Shown: positions 51,529-60,429 of the stretch, one piece after another
Position numbering within the stretch: the first letter of the stretch is position 1
How the letters are laid out: every line of letters begins with the position of its first letter
Origin: an uncultured Ignavibacteriales bacterium
Lineage (GTDB): Bacteria; Zixibacteria; MSB-5A5; GN15; FEB-12
DNA: 64,000 nt
Assembly (NCBI GenBank): GCA_964557855.1
Contig: CAZLBP010000014.1
Location: forward strand, 13,653 to 77,652
Direction of reading: 5' to 3'
The notes under the pieces: generated by a model
What the model saw: the letters and a program-made list of their open reading frames with translations, nothing else
Databases searched by the model: none
What the model was told of the DNA's origin: nothing
Translations under genes and position numbers: made by a program

Positions 51529-54285
51529 TTAGACACACGCCGGCGGTGGAGGGCCGCCTTTAAACAAATAGTCAACGAGGTAGGTCAGATCGGCCACGTC
51601 GATCGGCCCACCCCCGCCGATGAGATTATCGACATTGCCCTCTTCTTCACACGGCGGGGGCGCGCCGCCCTTGAACAAAAAATCAACCAGGTACGCGAGG
51701 TCCCCAACATCAACCGGTCCGGAAGGGCCGATCATGCCGTTGACGTTGCCGCGGTTTTCGCAGCAACTGCAGCCGACGGCGAAGGCGCCCATCAGGGTGC
51801 CGCATGAGTTGTTGGGCGGCGCGCATGGGGAAGTCTGGTCGAGTCGGAAATTGCCCGCGGCCGTGTCGCAGAAGAGCGGATCAAGAGAGATGTTTCCGGA
51901 TGTGTCACCGTGATACAGGGTTTCATCGGGGTGGTAATCGTAGTTTGTGTTGCCATACGCATTGTTGCAGTGGACGGTAATATTGTTGTACTCAAGTGAA
52001 GTGAATAGTTCCAGTCCCGCATCCGTATTGAACGCAAAGATGTTGTAACTCACGTTACTGGCAGTATCTGATTGCAGATTTGCGACTGGCGGGTCCTTTT
52101 CGCTGAGCGGGAAATCCTCCCATCCCATGAGCCCCGACGAATTGCCAACAAACGTATTGTTCCGGACAACTATGTTTCTCCATGCCAACGACTGCACAAT
52201 TGTCACCCCGGAATTGCCGTTACCGCGGAAGAGGGAGTTCCGCACTTCCGTCGTGGTTGCTGCGGTCGTGTATATATTGGCACCGTCCCATCCATTGAAG
52301 GAGATTTCAGAATTGTAGATGCAGGGCGATGTGCCATATTCTGTTGACAGTCCGTATCGGGTATTGTTGGTGATCCTGCAGTTCTCAATCATCATTCGAC
52401 TTATGTACTTCCCGCCGTAAATGCCATTGCACGTATTATCTCTAATATAGCAGTTCCTGATAGTGGGCGATGCGGGGGTGCAGTATATCGCAGCCTTATT
52501 ATAGCCCGAAGTGTCGTATGCATTCATGACCGTGAAGCCGTCGATAACGCTCGTCGAATCCTGGTCTGCCGTGATACTGATTCCAATGTGAGGCTCCGAG
52601 CCGCTTCCGCCGCAATCTATGATGGTTACATCCGGTCCGTTTACTGATTTCAGGACGAGGTTTATGTCGCCGAAATCGAGATCACGGTTGCCGTCGCCCG
52701 AATAAGTGCCATCAGCCACCAGCACCGTATCGAATTCCTGCGCCGAGTCAATACCCGCCTGAATGGTAGGTTGATCGGCCGGGACGTGGATAACGACCGG
52801 ACCGCGAGTGATAAATGACTCGGCAATTGACCAATCTGAAAACTCGTAACCGTCATGAGAGCGGCACCGCCACCAATACTCGGTATTGTTCAGGAGTCCG
52901 TCGAATACGCCCGAACGGGTTTGATCTGCCTGTTGGGAGACGCCATAGGCGGTATCGACTAACGTGCTAAGCCCGGCGTCACTATACACCTCAAAGTCGT
53001 ATGTCAGGTAGTCGCCGATCGAATGGAATGAATTGTCCACCACCAGATGAACATTGTATATACTAACGTCTCCCTGACTGATCGGAAAGGCGGGATTCGG
53101 TGCGGTGGGTGGCTCGTTCATCCTGAAGACTGATTCACTCCAATCACTCCAGGTCGTGCCGTTTCTTGCTCTTAGTCGATAGTAATAGGTGACGCCATCC
53201 ACAAGCGCCGAGCAGCCGTAAGCGGCAGTTGTATCAAATGAAGGTACATGCCCTGAGGCCCACATCTCGGCAGTCGTCCAATCATTGTCCGTACCTACCT
53301 GGATTTCATAAAAGCTCTGCGGTCCGGAGGTGGAATAAAGGGACCAGAAGAAGGAGGGCGTGTGATTCAATACGCGCCCGACACTTGCTGAGCCAAGGTT
53401 CAGATTCGAAACGTTGGGAGATGTTTGATCGAAGAATGATGCGCCCATATCATCCCTGGTACCGTCCGGATCGTTGTATTGAGCATCGGGATTCCCGGCG
53501 TCGATGCAGCCCGAAGTTTCATTGAGTGAGTACAGATTACGGGATGTATCAAAAAACTCGGGATCTACGGATATATTGGTTGGATCGGAAAAGGTTCCGG
53601 CGTAATTGTTGCCATTGCCATACGAGTTGTTATAGTCCACTGAGATTGTGAAGTACCCCTGGCAACCCGTTTGTGTACAGTTAGTTATGACATTGTTCCT
53701 GACCGAGCAGTCACTTGAATTGACGTACAGTCCGGTATTCCCGCCGACAATCGTGTTGTTGATAAATTGGCCGGTGTCGGTTCCGAATAGTCTGGCGACT
53801 ATTCTAATGTCCGGGTTATCATAGAAAAGGTTACCCTCTACATAGGCGCCGCTGCCCGATTGGAGATGAAGAGCGTTGTAGTTGTCATATGCCCCAAGAT
53901 GATTGGTGAAATGATTGCCGCGGATCACAGGAGAGGCGTTTTGAATATATACACCGTTTTCCAGGGCCGGGGAGTAACTGATCGTGAAGCCCTCGATGAC
54001 CGAAGCGCGAGTTTCGCCGCCATGGAGCCAGATTATCCGATCATCCAATGATGCCGGGCGGAGCTCTGTCACCAGGGGACCGGCTTCGCTGGTCAGGACC
54101 AGGTTTTTTCCTCCAAAATCAAGATTCTCGTAGTATATACCGGGCGCCACCAGTACCGTATCATAAGCCGCTGCAGCCTCGATTCCGGCTTGAATAGACG
54201 TGTAATCGCTGGGTACATGAATAACAGTCGCTTGGGCAGTAGTCCCGAATATCAGAAGAAGCAGCATCATCTTGAAACGCATCAC
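51529..54285 (-). CDS. Secreted right-handed beta-helix / FN3-containing protein with two C-terminal dockerin-like modules
   Basis: Signal peptide MMRFKMMLLLLIFGTTAQA. Two blocks of parallel beta-helix repeats (NNxI..N motifs) flank FN3-like segments. The C-terminus reads GNVNGMIGPSGPVDVGDLAYLVDFLFKGGAPPPC and GNVDNLIGGGGPIDVADLTYLVDYLFKGGPPPPAC. Confidence 0.65.
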   Translation of the reverse strand: MMRFKMMLLLLIFGTTAQATVIHVPSDYTSIQAGIEAAAAYDTVLVAPGIYYENLDFGGKNLVLTSEAGPLVTELRPASLDDRIIWLHGGETRASVIEGFTISYSPALENGVYIQNASPVIRGNHFTNHLGAYDNYNALHLQSGSGAYVEGNLFYDNPDIRIVARLFGTDTGQFINNTIVGGNTGLYVNSSDCSVRNNVITNCTQTGCQGYFTISVDYNNSYGNGNNYAGTFSDPTNISVDPEFFDTSRNLYSLNETSGCIDAGNPDAQYNDPDGTRDDMGASFFDQTSPNVSNLNLGSASVGRVLNHTPSFFWSLYSTSGPQSFYEIQVGTDNDWTTAEMWASGHVPSFDTTAAYGCSALVDGVTYYYRLRARNGTTWSDWSESVFRMNEPPTAPNPAFPISQGDVSIYNVHLVVDNSFHSIGDYLTYDFEVYSDAGLSTLVDTAYGVSQQADQTRSGVFDGLLNNTEYWWRCRSHDGYEFSDWSIAESFITRGPVVIHVPADQPTIQAGIDSAQEFDTVLVADGTYSGDGNRDLDFGDINLVLKSVNGPDVTIIDCGGSGSEPHIGISITADQDSTSVIDGFTVMNAYDTSGYNKAAIYCTPASPTIRNCYIRDNTCNGIYGGKYISRMMIENCRITNNTRYGLSTEYGTSPCIYNSEISFNGWDGANIYTTAATTTEVRNSLFRGNGNSGVTIVQSLAWRNIVVRNNTFVGNSSGLMGWEDFPLSEKDPPVANLQSDTASNVSYNIFAFNTDAGLELFTSLEYNNITVHCNNAYGNTNYDYHPDETLYHGDTSGNISLDPLFCDTAAGNFRLDQTSPCAPPNNSCGTLMGAFAVGCSCCENRGNVNGMIGPSGPVDVGDLAYLVDFLFKGGAPPPCEEEGNVDNLIGGGGPIDVADLTYLVDYLFKGGPPPPACV

Positions 54286-54428
54286 GGTCTCTCCATAGAA
54301 GGGTTGACAAGTGCTCTAGCAAAGATAATATCTCGTATCCATGTTGTCAACTGTTTTTGTGTTTAGGTCGGTTTTTCGCATGGCTTCATTGTCTCAAAAA
54401 CGACGAGAGATCCCGACAAAATCTTCGC

Positions 54429-54458
54429 TTGACAAATACTTGGCTGAAATGGCATAAT
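54429..54458 (+). promoter_or_regulatory. Sigma70-type promoter
   Basis: TTGACA (54429-54434), an 18-nt spacer, then CATAAT (54453-54458), about 95 nt upstream of ATG 54555. Confidence 0.4.
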
Positions 54459-54554
54459 CAGACTCGGGAGTGTACAGGTTACAGTCCGGCCGCGGCGGCC
54501 GGTTGCAGGAGTTCGAAGTTCTGATCCTGAAGTCTGGTATTATGGTGTTTTGAT

Positions 54555-54857
54555 ATGCCGGTCAAGGACGAAAAAAAGCCCTTTACGGAATTGATGTTGG
54601 AGGCTATTCCGCAACGAAAGGGGGTCTACGTTCTCTGGGATAGACGGCAGATTGTCTATGTGGGAGTTGGGGCGGACGCCGGTGGTCTCTACTCTGCACT
54701 GACCGAACACCTCAGGGGAGAACGGGTCCCGGAAGCACGGCGCATTCGTGATTTCCAAATAGAGGTGTGCAGTCATCCGGTCTCTCGGCAGACGGAACTG
54801 ATAGAGGAGCATCGCGCCGCTCACGGCTCGTTACCGGCCTTCAATGAACCTACATGA
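54555..54857 (+). CDS. Small GIY-YIG-like protein
   Basis: GVYVLWDRRQIVYVG gives GIY-YIG spacing (10 residues between the tyrosines), followed by R/H (TEHLRG) and E (ELIEEH). There is no clear SD. The 3' end overlaps the convergent gene by 8 nt. Confidence 0.4.
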   Translation: MPVKDEKKPFTELMLEAIPQRKGVYVLWDRRQIVYVGVGADAGGLYSALTEHLRGERVPEARRIRDFQIEVCSHPVSRQTELIEEHRAAHGSLPAFNEPT

Positions 54858-57471
54858 TGATCACTAGTTTTCCGATTTGCACATGACCGGATTCATCCTC
54901 CACCGTCCAGTAATACAATCCGGAGGCCACAAGTTGCGTGTTACGGGTGATCAGGTCCCAGGAATCGTGCGTCGAATTGGGATCCGCCGGATTCATATCA
55001 TGGCTGATTTCCTTGATGAGATCACCGTCAAGCGATAAGATCTTAATCGTGCAGCGAGGAGGCAGGTTGGCGAAGTGGACCCGGCGCACTCGATTGTCGG
55101 GACGATCTTCTTGACTACGACCCTCGTATCCCAGCTGCCGATAGTGCGCATCGATACGGTACGGATTCGGATACACTTTTATTTTCCCTCCGGTGGGATC
55201 GTTGTTAGCGGCCGGGATCAGCGGAAAGGCGTACTGAGTGCCGACCGACACCGATGATTCCAAAGGAGACAACCCGGACCCGGGCGAACCGAAATCGAAC
55301 GCCGTGACATTGATCCAATACGGCACCGTGGCCAGTAGATCGGTAACGGTATATTCATATTCGAAATACTTGAGTGCACCCGCTTCCGTAAGCTCGTCCG
55401 GACGGGCCGAGTCAGGGTTGAGGTGACCGGGATACGGCTGATCAGGGTATACCTTCTCAATACCGGTGGGAAGCCCCAGGGCGGAGACGTTATACCCGTG
55501 GGCTACGAAATAGAACTGGGAATCGGGGTAGTCCGGGAGAACGTACCTCGCCGACCGACCGTAGTCGAGCGGATCAAACCGGAAGTCCCGGCAGGAATCA
55601 CCATAAAGACACCGCAGTTGTTCCAGGGTGAAGGGTGGATCGAGCAGCACCCACTTCTGCCGGCTTTCCAGCCAGGTGTATTTGTCGAAATTGTTCAGGT
55701 CATACGAAGCTATCAGACTAAAGCTGGTCGGCCGGTCATCTCGGCCGATGTAGACCCGGTATCCCTCGAAGTCGACTTCGTGCAGGAATATATCTTTGGT
55801 GGTTTCGGAACGTGTTCCGTTGAAACGAACCGTTATGGAATTGATGCCGGGGTCGAGCCGGAATTCCGGGGCGGGAGGCGGCGCGGCGCCTCTGAAATCA
55901 GGTACGCCGTCTCCTTCGTAGAAGATTGTGTCGCAAATTGTGTATCGCCAGTTGGTATCGTATTCCGGGGGCTCGGTGCTGAGGGTATCAATCGATACAA
56001 TGGAGGATTCCGAACAGCAGATGCGCCACTTTCCGAAATACCCGTCACCATCCGTATCGACTCCGGGATTGTCATAGACCCAGGAAGCCCACGTGGCGTT
56101 GAGCGCCAAATCGGAAAAGTCCAAGTTGTCGAGGTAGAGCCGGGGCTTGTCGGGAAGATTATCCACATTGCCGGGCAGCTGGTGAACGTCTTCACCGGCG
56201 ATATAGGCGAAAGATATCGGCAGGGTCTCTCCGGGATCGATATCGAATGGACCGAATGACAGGAGGTAACGCGTGTCATAGCCGTCAGCAAAGTTAGCGG
56301 CCAAATCCTGGTTGGGATACAGCCAGAGTGAGTCTCCGGGCTGTATGGAAGCCGTGAAGATCTGATCATAGTCGAATTCTTCGTTTCGAAGGATATAGTA
56401 CTTATTGACGTCCCCCTCGGGCGTCCCCAGGCCGCCGGTCCGAAAGTCCCGGAACGGTTCCGGCGACCGTCCCGCCCCGGACCTCTCGCGGGGTCCGAAA
56501 TCCAGCGACGGATCTCCGTTGCCGATCCACCAATTGAAGCTGACATCCAGCGTTTGAGCCGGGGTGCGAACAATACGGGTCGCCACAACGTGGGGACAAG
56601 GATGGTGGCGGCCGTCCCCAAACACGATATCCCGGTCGCCGTCGTTGTCGGCCTGCCAGGCCATGAAGACGGTATCGATATAGCCACAGGCGCCATATGT
56701 GCTCGGATACGTATGAAGGAAACCGCTCAGGTCATCCTGGAAACCCTGGTTGCTGCCGAAGCAATCGTAGCATATCATAGCATCGACATAAATACCCATA
56801 TAGACTTGTTCCAGGGGGCGTTCTCCGACATTGGAAATCTGATAGTCGAACAAGACAAAGTCTTCGGCATAGGCATAGGACCAGGCATACGAAGATTGCT
56901 TGACCGCGATATTCAAGGGAACGTGCTGCCGCCCGAAGAAATCGTTGTCGACACCGTCGGTAAAGGTGTCGGTATAGACGGCGACGTAGTCTTCCTCGGA
57001 GACCGCATCCTCGAAATGGCGCTGCTCGGGATCGAGCGTGGTGCGATAGACCATGTCGCCGAACGGGGCCTCGTCCGGATACATTTCGTACAGCAGTTGC
57101 CAGCCGTCGGCGCCGACCGAAACGAGCGTATCCCGCCCAACCACGGCCCCAATCCAAAAGGCGCCCCCGAAGAGGTAAGAGATGTTCGACCCCTTGGGAT
57201 ACTGGCAGGACTGCGTAATGCTCTCGCCGGTGAAGCAGTCGGACTCTTCACCGGGATGATACTCTTTGCCGAAGGTACCGTTGTTGGCCACCGCCAATTC
57301 GATTTTGCCCACGCGATGGGCCGCCATGCAATGGGCGGGAGCGAAAGTCGTAAAAGATGGAAGCCTGTTCTTGAGGTTCTGAGGATCGGCTAGAGTCCTG
57401 GCGTTCAGATTCCTCGTGAACAAACTGGCGAACACCAGGATTACCACTACGACAATCCGCACCAACATCAT
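54850..57471 (-). CDS. Large secreted protein with a FlgD-Ig/T9SS-like C-terminal domain (paralogue of the gene at 63135)
   Basis: Signal sequence MMLVRIVVVVILVFASLFT. C-terminus KVYPNPYRI...ASGLYYWTVEDESGHVQIGKLVIIM. Internal FGGAFWIGAVVGRDTLVSVGADGW matches YGGSIWVGGIVGDDTLVSTGMDGW in the 63135 ORF. Confidence 0.6.
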   Translation of the reverse strand: MMLVRIVVVVILVFASLFTRNLNARTLADPQNLKNRLPSFTTFAPAHCMAAHRVGKIELAVANNGTFGKEYHPGEESDCFTGESITQSCQYPKGSNISYLFGGAFWIGAVVGRDTLVSVGADGWQLLYEMYPDEAPFGDMVYRTTLDPEQRHFEDAVSEEDYVAVYTDTFTDGVDNDFFGRQHVPLNIAVKQSSYAWSYAYAEDFVLFDYQISNVGERPLEQVYMGIYVDAMICYDCFGSNQGFQDDLSGFLHTYPSTYGACGYIDTVFMAWQADNDGDRDIVFGDGRHHPCPHVVATRIVRTPAQTLDVSFNWWIGNGDPSLDFGPRERSGAGRSPEPFRDFRTGGLGTPEGDVNKYYILRNEEFDYDQIFTASIQPGDSLWLYPNQDLAANFADGYDTRYLLSFGPFDIDPGETLPISFAYIAGEDVHQLPGNVDNLPDKPRLYLDNLDFSDLALNATWASWVYDNPGVDTDGDGYFGKWRICCSESSIVSIDTLSTEPPEYDTNWRYTICDTIFYEGDGVPDFRGAAPPPAPEFRLDPGINSITVRFNGTRSETTKDIFLHEVDFEGYRVYIGRDDRPTSFSLIASYDLNNFDKYTWLESRQKWVLLDPPFTLEQLRCLYGDSCRDFRFDPLDYGRSARYVLPDYPDSQFYFVAHGYNVSALGLPTGIEKVYPDQPYPGHLNPDSARPDELTEAGALKYFEYEYTVTDLLATVPYWINVTAFDFGSPGSGLSPLESSVSVGTQYAFPLIPAANNDPTGGKIKVYPNPYRIDAHYRQLGYEGRSQEDRPDNRVRRVHFANLPPRCTIKILSLDGDLIKEISHDMNPADPNSTHDSWDLITRNTQLVASGLYYWTVEDESGHVQIGKLVIIM

Positions 57472-57686
57472 ATTCTCTACTCCTCCACATTAGACGACGT
57501 TCTACGGTCGGAACTGTGTATTGAATTCTCCACATAGATAGGAAAAATCCGACAACGGCGCAATCTCTCATTGTCAAGCGAGGGATATATCGTCCGCAAC
57601 CGGTCCGGAATTTATGTCTTGTCAGAAACGGCGAATCACCGTTCTTTCTGATAGTACGTTTGAAGAATCAACCGATAGGTGAAGCG

Positions 57687-59765
57687 ATGCCGACTGCCTC
57701 CGACAACTCCAGATCAAAGCCGGGTGCTCCTACGAAGCGAGGCACTCTGCTCGTTTATTTCGTTGCCGTGCTGGTATACAGTTTGGCCGGATTCTTCCCC
57801 GAGATGAGGTTGTGGGGTATCAACTGGTGGGCATATTACCCCACGGCTGTGAGACTGGTTATGCCGGCGATCGCTCTGCTGGGCGGAATTCTCGTCTGGC
57901 GCTTTTCCGGCGCCCGGAGTTCGGAAGGTGACCCCGCTGTCGCTAAGGAGATGGGGACCGGTCAATATACTGTGATCACAGCTGCGACTGTGATGATTAT
58001 GGGCTTGACATTCGTGGCGTTTCGCACGCAGACGCACTTCCTGGGTGACGGTTACCAACTGCTGTCAAGTCTGGCCGACAACGTTACTTCGGTGAAAGCC
58101 TGGGACTTCGGCGTCTCTCGTATCAACCTGGCCGTCTATTCAGTCCTGGGAGAAGGAGGACAAAATGACGCCTTGCTGGCGTACCGCATCATATCGATAG
58201 GCTCCGGTGTGCTGTTGCTGGGTGCCGTCGCGTTTCTGTCGTCCTACCTCTTCGCGGAACGGCTGCTCAGAATTCTGTTTTTGCTGGGTATCGCCTGCAG
58301 CGGGTTGATGTTGCAGTATTTCGGATACGTCGAGAACTACTCGTTGCTCATGACGATACTGGCGATCTTCGCTCTACTGGGAATGCTCAGCGCCAGAGGC
58401 AGATTCTCATCATGGTGGCTGTTGGCGCCGTTGCTGGCGGCTGTCTTCCTGCACGGGTTCGCCCTGGTCGCTGTGCCGCCGTTTCTCTACCTGGTGATCA
58501 GGCGGTGCAGCCTGTGGAGCCGGTTGAGTGCGGTGTACGAAAAGAGCCGAGTCTGGTGGATAGTCGGCGGACTTATCGTTGCCGGTGGCGTCTATGTATT
58601 TCTCAGGGCCAAATACTATTTCTTCACGTTCGCGTTATTGCCGGTGTTCCCCGACAGGTTTACGGTGGAAAGCGATTGGCTCTTTTCGTGGAAACACCAG
58701 GTCGACATCGCGAACTTGATGTTGCTTCTCCTGCCGGGTCTTCCTGTAGTCTCATATCTGCTTCTTAAGAGAGGGACAGTGCAGGTGTTCGGTAACGTCG
58801 AACAGAGATTTCTGGGAATGTTCTTTTGGTCCGCTTTTGTCGCGGTCTACGTCTTCAACCCCGGTATAGGCATGCCCCGCAACTGGGATCTTTTCTCAGT
58901 AGCCGGGGTTCCTTTGGTTATATTCAGCTTAACTTTCTTATTGCAGAGTCATTACTCTGTTTACCGAAGCACGGTCCCGGCGGTTCTCGTAATACTATTG
59001 GGAGCCTTTATGCTGATCCCGCGAGTCGGGTCACAGACGATTCCGAAAATGAGCATCGCTCACTTCGACAACTACCTGGAGTTCGATAAAATCCGAAATC
59101 GGAATGCGCATCGGTTACTGATCGACTACTATTATGAGCTGGGTGACACGGCTTCGGCACTGGCGGCTCAGTCCGCCGCCGAGGCAGGATTTCCGGAAAT
59201 GGAACTGACCAATGAGGGTCGGCGGTTGATGCAACAGGGCCGGATAACCGCAGCGATGAGGTTATTCCGGCAGGCGATAGACAGTAATCCGATCTACTAC
59301 GATGCTTATGCCAATTTAGGCGGTTGCTATCTGGAGCAGGGCAATTACGACAGTGCCGTGTTTCTGCTGGAGATAGCGGACGCCATCAATCCGTATAACC
59401 CGGCCACGGCCTCCAATTTGGGAACAGCACATCTTCGTCAAGGAAACTACGATCGAGCACGAACCTACTTTCAGAAAGCCATCCGCATCGACAGCACGTG
59501 GCAGAACGCGTTGGTCGGTTTGGCCTCCGTGCACTTGTTGACGGATGAGCCGGCACGGTCGTTCGAGTTTCTCAGAAAGGCTCACAGGAATTGCGAGTTG
59601 CCGCACGAGTACTTCCGCCAGGCCGGCGACGTCTTTCTGGAAAAAGAGTTGTTTGAGTATGCATATGAGGCTTATGCTTTTGCCATGGAACGAGGATTGC
59701 CTGAATCGTATGTGCAGCGGCAGATGAACAAGCATCCCCGATTGCGGAGAATCGAAAGAGATTAG
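57687..59765 (+). CDS. Polytopic membrane protein (more than 10 TM helices) with a C-terminal TPR domain
   Basis: ATG 57687 is preceded by AGGTGA; the track start TTG 57660 is also possible. The hydrophobic N-terminal region is about 450 aa, followed by TPR repeats (AYANLGGCYLEQGNYDSAV...). Confidence 0.55.
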   Translation: MPTASDNSRSKPGAPTKRGTLLVYFVAVLVYSLAGFFPEMRLWGINWWAYYPTAVRLVMPAIALLGGILVWRFSGARSSEGDPAVAKEMGTGQYTVITAATVMIMGLTFVAFRTQTHFLGDGYQLLSSLADNVTSVKAWDFGVSRINLAVYSVLGEGGQNDALLAYRIISIGSGVLLLGAVAFLSSYLFAERLLRILFLLGIACSGLMLQYFGYVENYSLLMTILAIFALLGMLSARGRFSSWWLLAPLLAAVFLHGFALVAVPPFLYLVIRRCSLWSRLSAVYEKSRVWWIVGGLIVAGGVYVFLRAKYYFFTFALLPVFPDRFTVESDWLFSWKHQVDIANLMLLLLPGLPVVSYLLLKRGTVQVFGNVEQRFLGMFFWSAFVAVYVFNPGIGMPRNWDLFSVAGVPLVIFSLTFLLQSHYSVYRSTVPAVLVILLGAFMLIPRVGSQTIPKMSIAHFDNYLEFDKIRNRNAHRLLIDYYYELGDTASALAAQSAAEAGFPEMELTNEGRRLMQQGRITAAMRLFRQAIDSNPIYYDAYANLGGCYLEQGNYDSAVFLLEIADAINPYNPATASNLGTAHLRQGNYDRARTYFQKAIRIDSTWQNALVGLASVHLLTDEPARSFEFLRKAHRNCELPHEYFRQAGDVFLEKELFEYAYEAYAFAMERGLPESYVQRQMNKHPRLRRIERD

Positions 59766-59768
59766 CCT

Positions 59769-60335
59769 ATGGCGCAACGGGAGAACCGGATAACTTTGCT
59801 GTTGGGAAAGCTGACCGAGGGCAACCGTGGGATTGTCGATGCCTTGCTGCCTTTGGTTTATGATGAATTGCGCAAACTGGCGCAGTGGCAGCTCCGAGGT
59901 GAACGACCGGATCATACCCTGAGCGCGACGGCTCTGGTTCATGAGGCGTATCTGAAGCTGGTTGACCAGGATCAGGTGACGTGGCAGAATCGGGCCCACT
60001 TCTTCGCCATCGCTGCTCAAGCCATGCGCCGTATCCTCATCAACTATGCCCAGAGCCGCATGGCGCAAAAGCGCGGCGGAGGGGAACCGGTCGTGACGTT
60101 TAACGAAGAATTGATGCAGGCCGAAGCCAAGGCCGAGGATTTGCTGGCTCTTGATGAAGCCCTGAACAAACTGGAATCTCTCAGTCCCAGGCAAAGCCAA
60201 ATCGTCGAATACAGGTTCTTCGGGGGATTGAATCATCAGGAAATTGCCGAGGTGTTGAAGATGTCCGAACCTACCGTTCGCCGCGAATGGCGTCTGGCGC
60301 GGGCCTGGCTGAGCCGGGAGCTGAAAGACGGCTGA
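59769..60335 (+). CDS. ECF-type sigma factor of the kinase-associated (TIGR02999-like) class
   Basis: LLPLVYDELRKLAQWQLRGERPDHTLSATALVHEAYLKL...RAHFFAIAAQAMRRILINYA...KRGGG, plus a region-4 helix-turn-helix. Confidence 0.85.
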   Translation: MAQRENRITLLLGKLTEGNRGIVDALLPLVYDELRKLAQWQLRGERPDHTLSATALVHEAYLKLVDQDQVTWQNRAHFFAIAAQAMRRILINYAQSRMAQKRGGGEPVVTFNEELMQAEAKAEDLLALDEALNKLESLSPRQSQIVEYRFFGGLNHQEIAEVLKMSEPTVRREWRLARAWLSRELKDG

Positions 60336-60429
60336 GTCACCACACGACTTCTCGAAATCAACGCAGTCTTTCGTCGGAACTCCAATCAGCTATTCGGTAT
60401 TTCAATAGTTAATCATATGAGTATTCATC

